A DNA stretch of 64,000 nt from Chrysomallon squamiferum. Lineage: Eukaryota > Animalia > Mollusca. Every line of letters starts with the position of its first letter. The stretch's first letter is position 1. The stretch covers positions 22,940,001 to 23,004,000 of the forward strand of contig CM022671.1 of NCBI GenBank assembly GCA_012295275.1. The letters run 5' to 3'. The notes beneath the pieces were generated by a model. The model was given only the letters and a program-made list of their open reading frames with translations, searched no databases and was not told the origin of the DNA. The translations under genes and the position numbers were made by a program. Shown piece after piece: positions 53,222-64,000 of the stretch.

Positions 53222-53475
53222 CAGATACCGGACCAATTATCCGGACTCCTTGGGGCAAGAGGCATTCCGGATTTCTGGATTTTCCGGTTTACTGGTACCA
53301 AGGCATCTAAATATATAAATAATTAGGCATAAACGTTTTAAAAATAAAAACATAAAGAACTGACGATACACAACTGTGACGACTCGACGCGTAAACAATA
53401 CGGCGAGTGAACGAACGCCACGCGGCTTGAAAGAGTAGTTCCGGTCTGGTGAGGTCAACACCCCCACGCGCTAAC
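53222..53475 (+). mobile_element. Duplicate of the pogo/Tigger-like end
   Basis: TA|CAGATACCGGACCAATTATCCGGACTCCTTGGGGCAAGAGGCATTCCGGA; paralog of 43960-44215. Confidence 0.5.
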
Positions 53476-54018
53476 TATGAAAATATAATAAATAAATAAA
53501 TATCAAAATAAACAGATAAATAAATTAATTAAAAAAGAAAAAAAAAAAAAAAAAAATAAATAAATAAATAAAAAAAAAATAAAAATAAAAATAATAGTAA
53601 TAAAAAATAAATATAGAAAATAAAATTAAAATAAATAAATTAATTAAATTATGCTTACGAAATAAAATGTTATCTGGTTTTATTTTCTTCATTCGTACTT
53701 CTGATCCAAGTAGTATAAATATTTTAAGCCTATCCAATCACAATTCGGTCTTAATCGTACTTATTACGGCTGTGTACTATGAAATACCATAACCATAAAA
53801 ATATCTGTATCCAATTACAAACCTTTATCGCCACTAAAAAAAAAAAAAAGTAAGTAAATAAATGAACAAATTTATATATTAAAAATAAAAGATATTAGAA
53901 ATTACACAGAAAGTTATAAAATATTAATAATGACAATATTCCAACAGTCGCATGCTTTACACAGGTTAATGAACGACACAGCTTAACAATATAGATTTCA
54001 ACCTAAAAAAAACAAAAA

Positions 54019-54094
<76 letters not shown>

Positions 54095-54749
54095 AATAAT
54101 AATAATAAAACAGCTTCCTCCCAAAATATAACACAAAAGGAAAAAACAACAACATAACAACAACGACAGCACTCATTATTAGTATAAGATCAGAACAGCA
54201 TTTCTGGAATGCAGGTAAAAATAAAATAATTTCAAAATGTCCGACATTATCCAGCTGGAAGCTAATGCGGCTCGTTTTGTCTGTTCGCTGGTTCCGATTG
54301 TGTGACAAACACATAACATCACTTAAATCTATTTGGAGAATTACTATTGCGCATTGTTGCATACAGTTTTAGCGAATAAATATTATTAAAAACAGTTTTC
54401 AGCCGCAGGAGAAAATACAATAGAAAACAAATGTTGCGATTAACACGAGAGGAGAAACGGAGTTAGAGACATTTTTCAAAAAGTTCAGTTTGGTGCAAAA
54501 TGATTTATGTTTTCTGTCGCTTTGTTGTGTTTATCGACACGTTTAATAAGATTAGTTTTATATTCAGTTTTTATTAATATCGGATTAATAAACACTTCAA
54601 CGTAAATAGTAGTAATATTAAAGAAAAGGAATATCAAAAATTGAATTTGGGATCATTTATTTATTTTATTAATTTTTTTTTATCAAAACTAAAATGATAA
54701 TAATAATTACGATTATAGCAACAACTACAACAGCACAAATAACAAAAAC

Positions 54750-54793
<44 letters not shown>

Positions 54794-55149
54794 TAATAAT
54801 AATCTAAGTAATTTGTTTCCTTCATAAATAATGATTCTTTTTTTTTTTTTTTTTTGCCTTTTTACTTTTAAAAATAAAGAAGAAGAAGAATATTTCATTC
54901 AAAACAAAACAAAACAAAACATTAAAATTTTTTAACTTCAAACAAAGAAGAAGTACTGATTTTTACGTGTACTGAGAAAAGGATATATTTTCGAAATAAA
55001 AAAAATATTAAACAAATAAACAAACAAACAAACAACAACAACAACAACAACAATCATGTAACTTGAGCAAAGAAAAACGAGAGAAAAAATTACATTTTCA
55101 CCGTTTCTGAAACCGAAAGAAAGAAACGTCGGATATATCAGCTTCTGCA

Positions 55150-55845
55150 ATGTTTGACGAAAAAGATTCTAAAAGTGATGTTGTTTTTGTCGTTGAAGAT
55201 CGCAAGATATATTAACAAGACGGTATTGTCTTACGCATCACCAGTATTTGCTAGGATGTTTAACGGAGAATTCGAAGAGAAATCAAAGAGCGAAATTCCA
55301 CTTCCGGGGAAAACGTACGAACAATTCATGGCGTTTCTAAAGTGTTTGCACCCTAACACACTGGCGGACATTACCTCAGAAAATATCGACGACATCCTTC
55401 CTCTGGCAGACGAATATCAAGTTGATCATCTAAAAAAAAATGCAAATCATTCATGATGAGCCGTCTAGAGAAGTGTTGTGAAAAAAATAACTTGCAAAAT
55501 CGGGAGCTCGTTACGTACATGATGTTAGCGGAAAAATTTAACTTTGAACCGGCTCTGCAAAAGTGCATAGAGAGAGCAGGTTACAGACAACGTCGCAATT
55601 TAGAAGAATATGACGATTACAAGAAGATAGGAGATAAAATCAAATTCGAACTTATTTCTCGTCGACTTTCTCTCATTGGACGCCCACCTAGTAAAGTCTG
55701 GAGTTGTATAGTGGATCTATGCAGAATCTTAGAGAATCAAAGAGATGACACATGCCGGAACTGCAATTTTCTCAGTTCAACCATAGACAGATATGCAGAC
55801 TTCATAAATGAGCTTGAAAAAGCTTTAGAAGAAGACCGGTATTGA
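55150..55845 (+). pseudogene. BTB/POZ-domain gene (BTB-MATH/SPOP-type BTB), intronless here, two frameshifts
   Basis: Joined frames read MFDEKDSKSDVVFVVEDRKIY/INKTVLSYASPVFARMFNGEFEEKSKSEIPLPGKTYEQFMAFLKCLHP...ITSENIDDILPLADEYQVDHLKK/CKSFMMSRL...LAEKFNFEPALQKCIE, a classic BTB plus BACK-like helices. Shifts are at the ATATAT run (~55208-55213, followed at once by TAA) and the A9 run (55432-55440). Confidence 0.85.
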
Positions 55846-57269
55846 TGATACAATTTCGTATTATCTAAATCAGTCTGAACATGTTTTAATGTAATCTATA
55901 TATGATGATGACTCTTTCAGTGTTGTATCAGGACTGATGACGTTTTATTATATTTTAATTAAGACTGATGACTTTTTACCATAATCTAAATAGTGCTTGT
56001 AACATTTATAATTTAAACAAACCGCTTAGTTTTAATTAAGTTGTACGTTGTGAAAATCTACGTGGCACTAGAAAAGGAACAATCTATTTTCGAAGAGATC
56101 TCAAAAGGACAAGAAGAATCATCCTTTGAACTATATCGAAGAACTGCACTGGCTGTCTTCATCAGAAAATGAATAATAAAAATTTCTATGCAGAAAAGAG
56201 CTTGTTGTGAAAGGATCTAGACAGCAATGTGATGAGCAGAGTTTTGCTGAGGTACTTTATTAGACTTTATTGACAGTTTAACCTCCTTAGTACATACACT
56301 CACTTGTAATATAGTATCCATTATAACGTTTCATTCATTTGACGTAGCATATGCCAGATTTGCTGATTGTAACTGATCATGTAACTAATTTAAAAAAAAA
56401 AAAAAAAATTGTATTTGTTTGCTTGTTTTTCTACGAGTGTATTAATAAAGGTTTTTAGATTAAAAGAAATGTTGAGATTAATATTAATACAGTAATGATG
56501 ATGATGATTTTTCAGTGGTTTTAGTGATACAAACCATACTGAATGAAAGCCAGTTATCTTCTCTCTCGATCATAAAAAAAAAAAAAAAAAAAAAAGAAAA
56601 AGAAAAAGGAAAAGAACCGGAAAACTTTAAGTACCTTATCCGTTTTGTTATCCATAACTAAGTAAATTAGTTTCTTTTTGATCAGTCAATATTTACATAT
56701 TTTTCTTGGTAAGTTCAACCCACGCTGTTACGAGCCTCATTGTTTTTCTAATTTGTTTAGTAAATATATTTACTGAGAATCAGTAACTGAGCACACATAT
56801 TACTCATCAGAAGTGATCCAGTGCACGGAGTACAGACACCTTGTTACCTCGGTTACCAACATTGCTTGGCTTATGCAAGAAGGAAGTGAAATTGGAATGA
56901 ACGGTTTTCTCCATGCAACAATATTTCACTTTAAAATGTTCTAAAACGTTCTAATTCAGAAATCTGTTTGTTTCTCAGCCGTAGTTCCATTGTTTCCAAA
57001 TACAAATTTAATAATGGCGTATGCTCACATTCAATAAACGACCGAAATTTGTTGTACTAAAATAAAGACCAGTAATACCGACAATACATTTCGTTTGTTA
57101 GTTTATTTCACATTACATTTAACCTAGTTCTCATTTCATTGGTTTACTTAACACACCTCTCATATGCTATGTTATTTTTCACATCTATCTATCTGTCTCT
57201 CTGTCTGTGTGTCTGTTTGTCTATCTATATTTATATTTATATATAACCAAAATCTCATCAAATATAGTA

Positions 57270-57321
<52 letters not shown>

Positions 57322-58282
57322 TAATAATAATGATGACGATGATGATGATAATAGTAATAATAGTAATAATAAATAAGTAAATAAATTAATTTATTAATTT
57401 TTTTTTTTTAAAATCCCCTTTAACTATTTATGGGGGTGTGTCCGGATCCGGGATTTGCTTCAAAGTAGTAGTTGGCAGTTAGGTGAATCGTTGCGCTTTC
57501 TAGCGTAGCATCAAAGATATTAATTGAGAAACAAAAAAGTGTAAGTAAACCGTATGTCGAGAATAAAACAATCCATCACTTGAAAAAAAAAAAAAAAAAA
57601 AAAAAAAAGAAAGAAAAAAAAAAAGAAGAAGAAGAAGAAAAAATTTAGAATGGATCTCAAAAAAATCCTGCACAAATCACCAGTTCTTTTATATTTCTTT
57701 CTTATTATTTTATTTTTTTTTTTTAAGGCTCGGATTCTGTAACCTTTTTTTTATCATTTCCACCCTGCCATCCCCACCCTCCTCCTCCACCCATTTTCCT
57801 TCTGTCACTGGTGACTGTTACATCTACCTGGAATCTGGCGAGGACGGTCTGACTTCGATGAAGAATTTTAATGGCACTTGTGAGTGATGTTCGATGTCTG
57901 CCAAATTTTTGCCTTAACTGATTCGCATAGGTCTTTCCAGCATGCTAAGGTTTTCCGACAGCCAACGATCATCCGATAATGGTTATCCCGTGTGTCAGAG
58001 ACTCGTAAATTTACTTCTACCATCTGATTTGTTACGTGGCTTAACTCTTGAGTCAGCCTTGCTTGGATATACATGTATGTGGTTTTTTTTTTTTTTTTTT
58101 TTTTTTTTTTCTTTTGCTATTTAAATTTACTGACGGCAAAACGTTTGGTTGTTATGTATTTATAGTGGGTTTTATTTTGTTGTTGTTGATTTATTCTAGC
58201 TTGGCACAAATATACAGTGAAAAATAATTTACGCATATGTAGGATCCAGTTCAAAACAGATTAATTAGATACCTGTGAAAAG

Positions 58283-58366
<84 letters not shown>

Positions 58367-58699
58367 GTAATTCGTTTTAGTATACTGAATAAAAGGTACA
58401 AACGGTATTAATATGCTTCGCTTGTTTAATGGAGTTGCCCTGGTTCTTTTTTTTTTTGCTCAGTGTATGAGTTAAACAAACTGAAAATTTACGATGTCAG
58501 TGCGACTTGTGTGAATGAAATTTTCTTTCTGTGTCTGTAAGCAAAGAGATGAAGTATTTGAAGTATTTAAAACTAATTAAATTTTGTAAACGAAAACAAT
58601 GCATTAGGTATGGAAGTTAGAATTATCACTTCTCAAATTAATTAAGTGGATATATAGTGTTATATGAAAAACAAAATATAATAAAATTAATGTTAAAAT

Positions 58700-59264
58700 G
58701 GTTTATTCCCGATTCTGGCATTCCCGAATCTGGCAGTGAGATTATGACACATCTTAACTGGACACGCCAGTTGTTCCATTTCTGGCAGTTTATTGCTCAC
58801 CCTTACTAATTGGTGTCCCGTCACCTTAATTGATGTGCTTTTGTTAAACAGTATTATGTCCACAATTTGAAAGCACATTCAGTCACATCAGACACGAAAT
58901 TTCTTCCTTCGCAGCCATGATCAAACATAACAAACATAATGACCATATAGTATTTATATAGGTAGTATTTCCTGTGTCCAAATTTTATGTTATAACATTA
59001 ATTTCCTTGCAACATCTACTCTGGCAACCCTCTTCAAATATCTCTTAATTGACCTCGTTAACCCCACACGTCTAAATTGGTAATATTTCCTGTATTCATA
59101 TTTTACTGATACAACATTAATTTCATGTCTCCAAACATTAATTTTCTTGCAATCCCCGTGAGTCTAAATTGGCCTTAATTGGTCACGCCAGTTTTCCCAT
59201 TTCTGGAAACGGATTAGAACACCTCACCGCATACCTAATCTGGAGACTGCCAGTTTGGGAATAC
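58700..59264. mobile_element. Non-autonomous DNA transposon with imperfect TIRs (MULE-like?)
   Basis: Absent at the paralogous sites (~35400, ~44980). Left end GGTTTATTCCCGATTCTGGCATTCCCGAATCTGGCA; right end GGAGACTGCCAGTTTGGGAATAC (imperfect inverse). Internal direct repeats CACGCCAGTT.T.CCATTTCTGG, GTCTAAATTGG and AACATTAATTT. Confidence 0.55.
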
Positions 59265-59314
59265 AATAAAAAATTAAAAAATTAAGACTAATCCATATAA
59301 GGAAGACTAATCCA

Positions 59315-59327
59315 TATTATTATTATT

Positions 59328-59369
<42 letters not shown>

Positions 59370-59428
59370 GCTATTATTATTGCTTTTGTTATTACTTTTA
59401 TTAGTGCTGATCTTATTGTTGTTGTTGT

Positions 59429-59461
<33 letters not shown>

Positions 59462-59467
59462 TACTAT

Positions 59468-59502
<35 letters not shown>

Positions 59503-59612
59503 TTATTATTATTTTATTATTATTATTGCTGTTGTTGTTGCTGATTTTCTAATTATTGTTGACGATAATGATGTTGTTTTGTCTTGTTGTTCTTATTATT
59601 ATCATTATTATA
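59315..59612. repeat. Compound (TAT)/(TGT)/(TAC) tract marking the duplication boundary
   Basis: The same tract, including the unique spacers TTAGTGCTGATCTTATTG and GACGATAATGA, occurs at 35460-35870 and 45045-45480. Confidence 0.9.
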
Positions 59613-60098
59613 TCCATATAAACCATGACTAAAAGCGTATCAAAAATAAAATGAGACAATGAATATGCCCAGTTAATTACAGCTGGGAGAAATCGTCCAT
59701 ATCAAAACAATACGAAATATGCAGTATACAGTATTAAAATAAAAACTATGCAGATACGTATTAAAATTAACTTCTCACAATCATAAAACCAGTGAATATT
59801 AACCAAGTGAGTTATCGCTGTTGATGAGAATATGAACCAGTCGTTTAATAAACCAATTGAAACGTGCTTATGTCCACTTAGATTTCAAGTACGTCTGAGT
59901 TAAACAGATAATTCGGGAGTTGTCTTGTCAAGTATTCGTGATAGAGTGTTTGTCAGACAGAAGAGGACCTGCAGTAGTACCTCTCTAGCGACATCAGCTC
60001 TTGCATCTACGTCCTTAGACAGTTCTCCGACGACCAGCATACCAACATCTACACATCCTCAGAAGGAAAGGGCGCAGTTCTGTTAGTCGTACCATTTT

Positions 60099-60368
60099 CT
60101 GTGGCGGATCCAGCTTTTCTGATGAGGGGGGGTCCATGACAGCAAGGTCCATAACATTATGAAAAGGCACTATTGAAAAATAACAGACGGTTCACATGGG
60201 CCGTTATACTATAGTCCTTCAACAGGGACGCTGGCACGCGTATTCTACAGAGTTCTATACAGAAAGAGAAAAACAAAAACAAACTAAATAAATTTGTAAA
60301 AAAAACCTAAAAATCCTAAGTAAAAGAGGCATAACTAAATTGGATCTCCTCTTCTAGACCCGCCACAG
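60099..60368. mobile_element. ~270-bp MITE with 15-bp TIRs (GGCGGATCCAG type, hAT-like)
   Basis: Left end CTGTGGCGGATCCAG; right end CTAGACCCGCCACAG (reverse complement CTGTGGCGGGTCTAG, 13/15 match). No clear TSD. Confidence 0.65.
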
Positions 60369-61532
60369 ATTTTTATATTACTTTATATCACGAATGCTGT
60401 TCGAACACTAGGCTGACGAGAACATTGTCTGTTTGTTTCTCGATACAGATCCCTGGGTTAAAACGCGGAGGTAAAACAAAAGAACATAACTTGATGTTAC
60501 CCAGGTTTTCGTAGAAGGTGGCGTTTGGTTTAATTTACACAGAGGTTTACGTCTTTCTACATGAAATGTGCACTGTTGTTCACAGTTCATTATAAACTGA
60601 GGAATTCTGAAAAAAATCTACTTCGTAAGGCGTTTACGTCGTCACAAATGCTCAAGGCGCACCTGTGGTTCGAAACAGTCGTGAAATCTTTTCTGATGCG
60701 TGTTACTTTCAACGCGAATGCACTTCCGATATTTATAGAGAACACCGTTTTTATTTGTGGATAAGTTCACAGGGATGAGAAAATATGGCGTGTTTATGGT
60801 TTACAGTTTTCAACCGGAAAACATAATTTTATTTATCATCTTTTTTATGATCTCCTCCTTACTTTACAAAAATACACACGTATACGTACGTACAGTCATA
60901 TATGCAGAGAGGCAGACAGACAGACAGACAGACATATGTACAAGTTTTACAAGAATCATTTAGTGAACTGTTATGATGTTTACAAAATTTCCTCATGTTT
61001 TTCTACTGTATCAAGCAAAAAGAAAAAATTTTTTTTTTCAAAGCCCACAAAATACATCAAACAACGACAACAAAAACAAAACAAAAAAAAAAAAACAATT
61101 AATTTTAATAAAATAATAATAAAACAACAACAATAACAATAACAGCAGCAACAACAAAATAAAAATAAAAAAAATAATAATAAAATAAAAAAAAATAAAA
61201 ATAAAATAATAAAAATAAAAAAAACAAAAACAATAACAAAACAAAATAATAATATTAATAAAAAATAAAAATAAAATAAAATAAAATAAAATAAAATAAA
61301 ATAAAATAAAATATGATTAAAATTTTGATGTCATTTGACAAAACAAGGCCCTTCTGTGTTTAGGGGCCTTGAATGTATTCTTTAATGGAAAACTGGATGA
61401 TTTAAAACACCAAGAGGGCCTAAACATTTTTACGAACACTTTTTTTTTTTTTTTTTTAGTGAATAGAATAAACACTTTATGCATGTTAAATGAGGTCACA
61501 AATAACCATGAATGAATTATCTTTTATTAATG

Positions 61533-62222
61533 GACATTAAAACACATTTTTGTTAAAAAAAACAGATTATGATTAAAATTTGATGTCTTTTTGATCTAAA
61601 CGGGAAACAGGCTTCTGGGGCCCACAAATCTCTGACAAGGGGCCATGAAAATACGGTGGATGCTTCTGCTATGAGCGGTTGGAGTTTCATAACAGAATAA
61701 CCATCCCCTTTTTAAACATAACAACTTTTGTTGAAAACCATTGAACAGTATAAACATTTTAGAAATACGAACATTAGTTTAAAATTAAAATTTTTACTGT
61801 GAATGACTAAAATAGAATATTGAGACTCATGAAAAAAATTTATCAAAATGTAAATTGAAATGTTAAATATTTAATTCTTATATATGATATCATATCAAAA
61901 CATAGAAATGAACTGACTGGTCAGGTAGTTTTTAATTACAGATTACATTAAAACACATTTTTATTAAAAAAAAACAATTTATTAAAACACATACTAATGC
62001 CACTGATGTTCCCTTTCTAGTGTTACTGGATGAAACGGGAAACAGGCTAAAAGTGTGCACGACAAATAACGACAACGCTCCATGAAAATACGGTGGATGC
62101 TTCTGCTATGAGCGGTCTGGATAATCGTAACAGAACTAACCATCCAATCTTTATACGACTCTTTAATATTACAACTTTTGTTGATATGTTATGCATGAGT
62201 ATATGTTGTTTCTGTTTGTTTG

Positions 62223-62261
<39 letters not shown>

Positions 62262-62473
62262 TTAATTATTATTATTATTATTACTGTGAATGACTAAAAT
62301 GAGAAGAATATTGAGACTCATGAAAAAAATTTATCAAAATAAATAAGTAAATTAACAAGAAAATGAAATATTTAATTCTTATATATGATACCATATCAAA
62401 ACATATAAGTAAATGGCTCTTCTTTTTCGTGTATTTGTGTCAGGTAGTTTTGAAGGATAATTACAGATTACAT
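61533..62473 (+). repeat. Diverged tandem duplication, two units (~61533-61948 and ~61944-62473)
   Basis: Same ordered blocks in both units: ACATTAAAACACATTTTT, AAACGGGAAACAGGCT, CCATGAAAATACGGTGGATGCTTCTGCTATGAGCGGT, ACAACTTTTGTTGA, TTACTGTGAATGACTAAAAT, AGAATATTGAGACTCATGAAAAAAATTTATCAAAAT, GTCAGGTAGTTT, TAATTACAGATTACAT. Confidence 0.85.
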
Positions 62474-63645
62474 CTGTATACGTTTTTATACATGATATAA
62501 ATATTTCACTTTAACCAAATTGAAACATAATTTAATATTATATTTTTTATGTTATTCGAGTGAGCAGTTACTCATCCACTTGGAACATGATATCCAGAAA
62601 CAAACAGTCTAGCATGAATCCATGATGGCATAAAACATGCGATCTTGGGTGAATCAAAACTGACATGCATTCTATCGCGAATCGTCTGTAAGAGAAACAA
62701 ATCCCATGTGCCATTAACGGGTACACATTCGTGCGTCTTTACTTCAGTAAATCCACAAAATCAATACACCTCATTTACCCCGCAGACACGTGACTCGAGT
62801 ACCCACGGTTTAATAACAATATCTTTGTGGTTCCGAGTTGCTCAATCAAGCCCTTTGTAACGTTATCGGAATCGAACTGAAATCATATTTTATCGACATT
62901 AAGAAGTTGTTTGATTGGCATTGCATGAGAGCTTACCGCTTATCTAAGCATTAAGTAGTACTATTCAAATGTTTTCTGATCTGATTTCGCACATGATAAA
63001 ATCCCAAAGCGTAACCGGGTAATGAAATATTACTAATAAGGTCACAAAGTTCTTCTGGGGATTAGGAGGGGCCGCAGTTCTGGATAAGACGTTTAAAGGA
63101 TCACTGGCCTGCTGCTGTTAAAGAAATCCACTGAGGAAAGGTGGCCCAATTTATTATATATTAAAGTGTATATATATTTGTATATATTTGTTTGCCAGAT
63201 GTGAAAAAATATTGAAGTGTGACAAATGATAAATGCATGGCAAAGAACTGAGCAGCCGCTTCTCGTTTGAATATAGTTAACAGACTTTATGTTATTTTAG
63301 TTAGTATGTTTTTCCAATGTCCTTCTCAGTGTGTATGTGTGTGGCCACGCCTATCAAATTCAGGCCTGTCAGATCAGCTTTTATTACCCGGGCAGGCATT
63401 GTTTTGAAATTATTAGCGATTTTTAACTGCAAGCATGTGAAATATGAATAATATTCCAGGATATATATATATATATATATAGTGTTAATAAAATACTAGT
63501 CATTCGGCGATATTTGCTTTTGTTTGGATGACTAGCTAATTGTGAAGATGCTAAATTTACATTTATTTTCTAAAGTTATAACCTAAAAATATACTTGACA
63601 CACCAGAGCTGAAATTTAAAATGCTAATTATTTCGCTCCCGGTAG

Positions 63646-63738
63646 ATGTTATCTCTGCTGCAGTTCTTAAAAATAGAACATCCAGAAAAGAAAAGGCAGC
63701 TAGAACTGAAATAATGTCAGCAGATACTCTAACAAAAG
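63646..63738 (+). other. Candidate isolated exon (93 nt) of an unidentified gene
   Basis: Acceptor TTATTTCGCTCCCGGTAG, donor AAAG|GTATGT, length divisible by 3, open frame VISAAVLKNRTSRKEKAARTEIMSADTLTK. No homology recognised. Confidence 0.25.
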
Positions 63739-63836
63739 GTATGTATTTACATGAAATACCTGTAATGTCAAAGGTCGGCTATATACAATGTTTATACACT
63801 TTTATCTTTTTCTTTATTATTAAATTTTTATAGGCC

Positions 63837-63876
<40 letters not shown>

Positions 63877-64000
63877 AAGATAACGCATTAAAACATTATC
63901 GCATTCGGGTAAAATAATACATACACGGAAGCATAAATTATTTAAATTACATTTCAAACGATACGAAGTGTCATTAATGGCGTGAACACTGACAGTGCGT

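Larger units (their letters stand above)
34665..53490 (+). repeat. Younger ~9.5-kb tandem duplication (34665-44220 and 44221-53490)
   Basis: Both halves start TAATAAATT(T)AACTAACTGGCAAGGACGGT and end ...GGTGAGGTCAACA.CCC.CGCGCT.ACTATG. They are highly similar throughout and share the indels that distinguish them from 57835-59600. Confidence 0.9.

Noticed and set aside
59904-60086. Ser/Thr-rich open frame (TCSSTSLATSALASTSLDSSPTTSIPTST)
   Set aside because: No start codon, no clear acceptor and no partner exons; may be a decayed exon but is unsupported.
61533-62473. Repeat-spacer appearance reminiscent of a CRISPR array
   Set aside because: Only two units, with many different blocks rather than one recurring repeat; eukaryotic context with no cas genes.

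Overview
AT-rich, microsatellite-laden eukaryotic DNA with GT-AG introns; probably a mollusc, likely a gastropod (inferred only from a Nin-type SINE remnant and overall composition). No prokaryotic features or CRISPR arrays. Layout: (1) 1-20 kb is gene-poor, with one small orphan ORF (signal peptide plus Tyr-rich repeats, 2927-3187, minus) and several GC-richer, motif-dense islands. (2) A complete 7-exon LENG1 orthologue (minus, 20741-23915) lies head-to-head, about 450 bp apart, with a 9-exon C11orf54/DUF1907 gene. (3) C11orf54 is present in three intact tandem copies made by two nested duplications. Each extra copy carries the bidirectional promoter and LENG1 exon 1 with its splice donor. 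Copies 2 and 3 share amino-acid changes in motifs I recall as conserved. Copy 2 has an inverted repeat flanking exons 2-3. (4) A decayed Sola-like transposon, a doubly frameshifted BTB/POZ gene present in only one duplicated unit, several MITE-like elements and tandem repeats. All gene models were assembled by eye, and family assignments are from memory rather than database searches.
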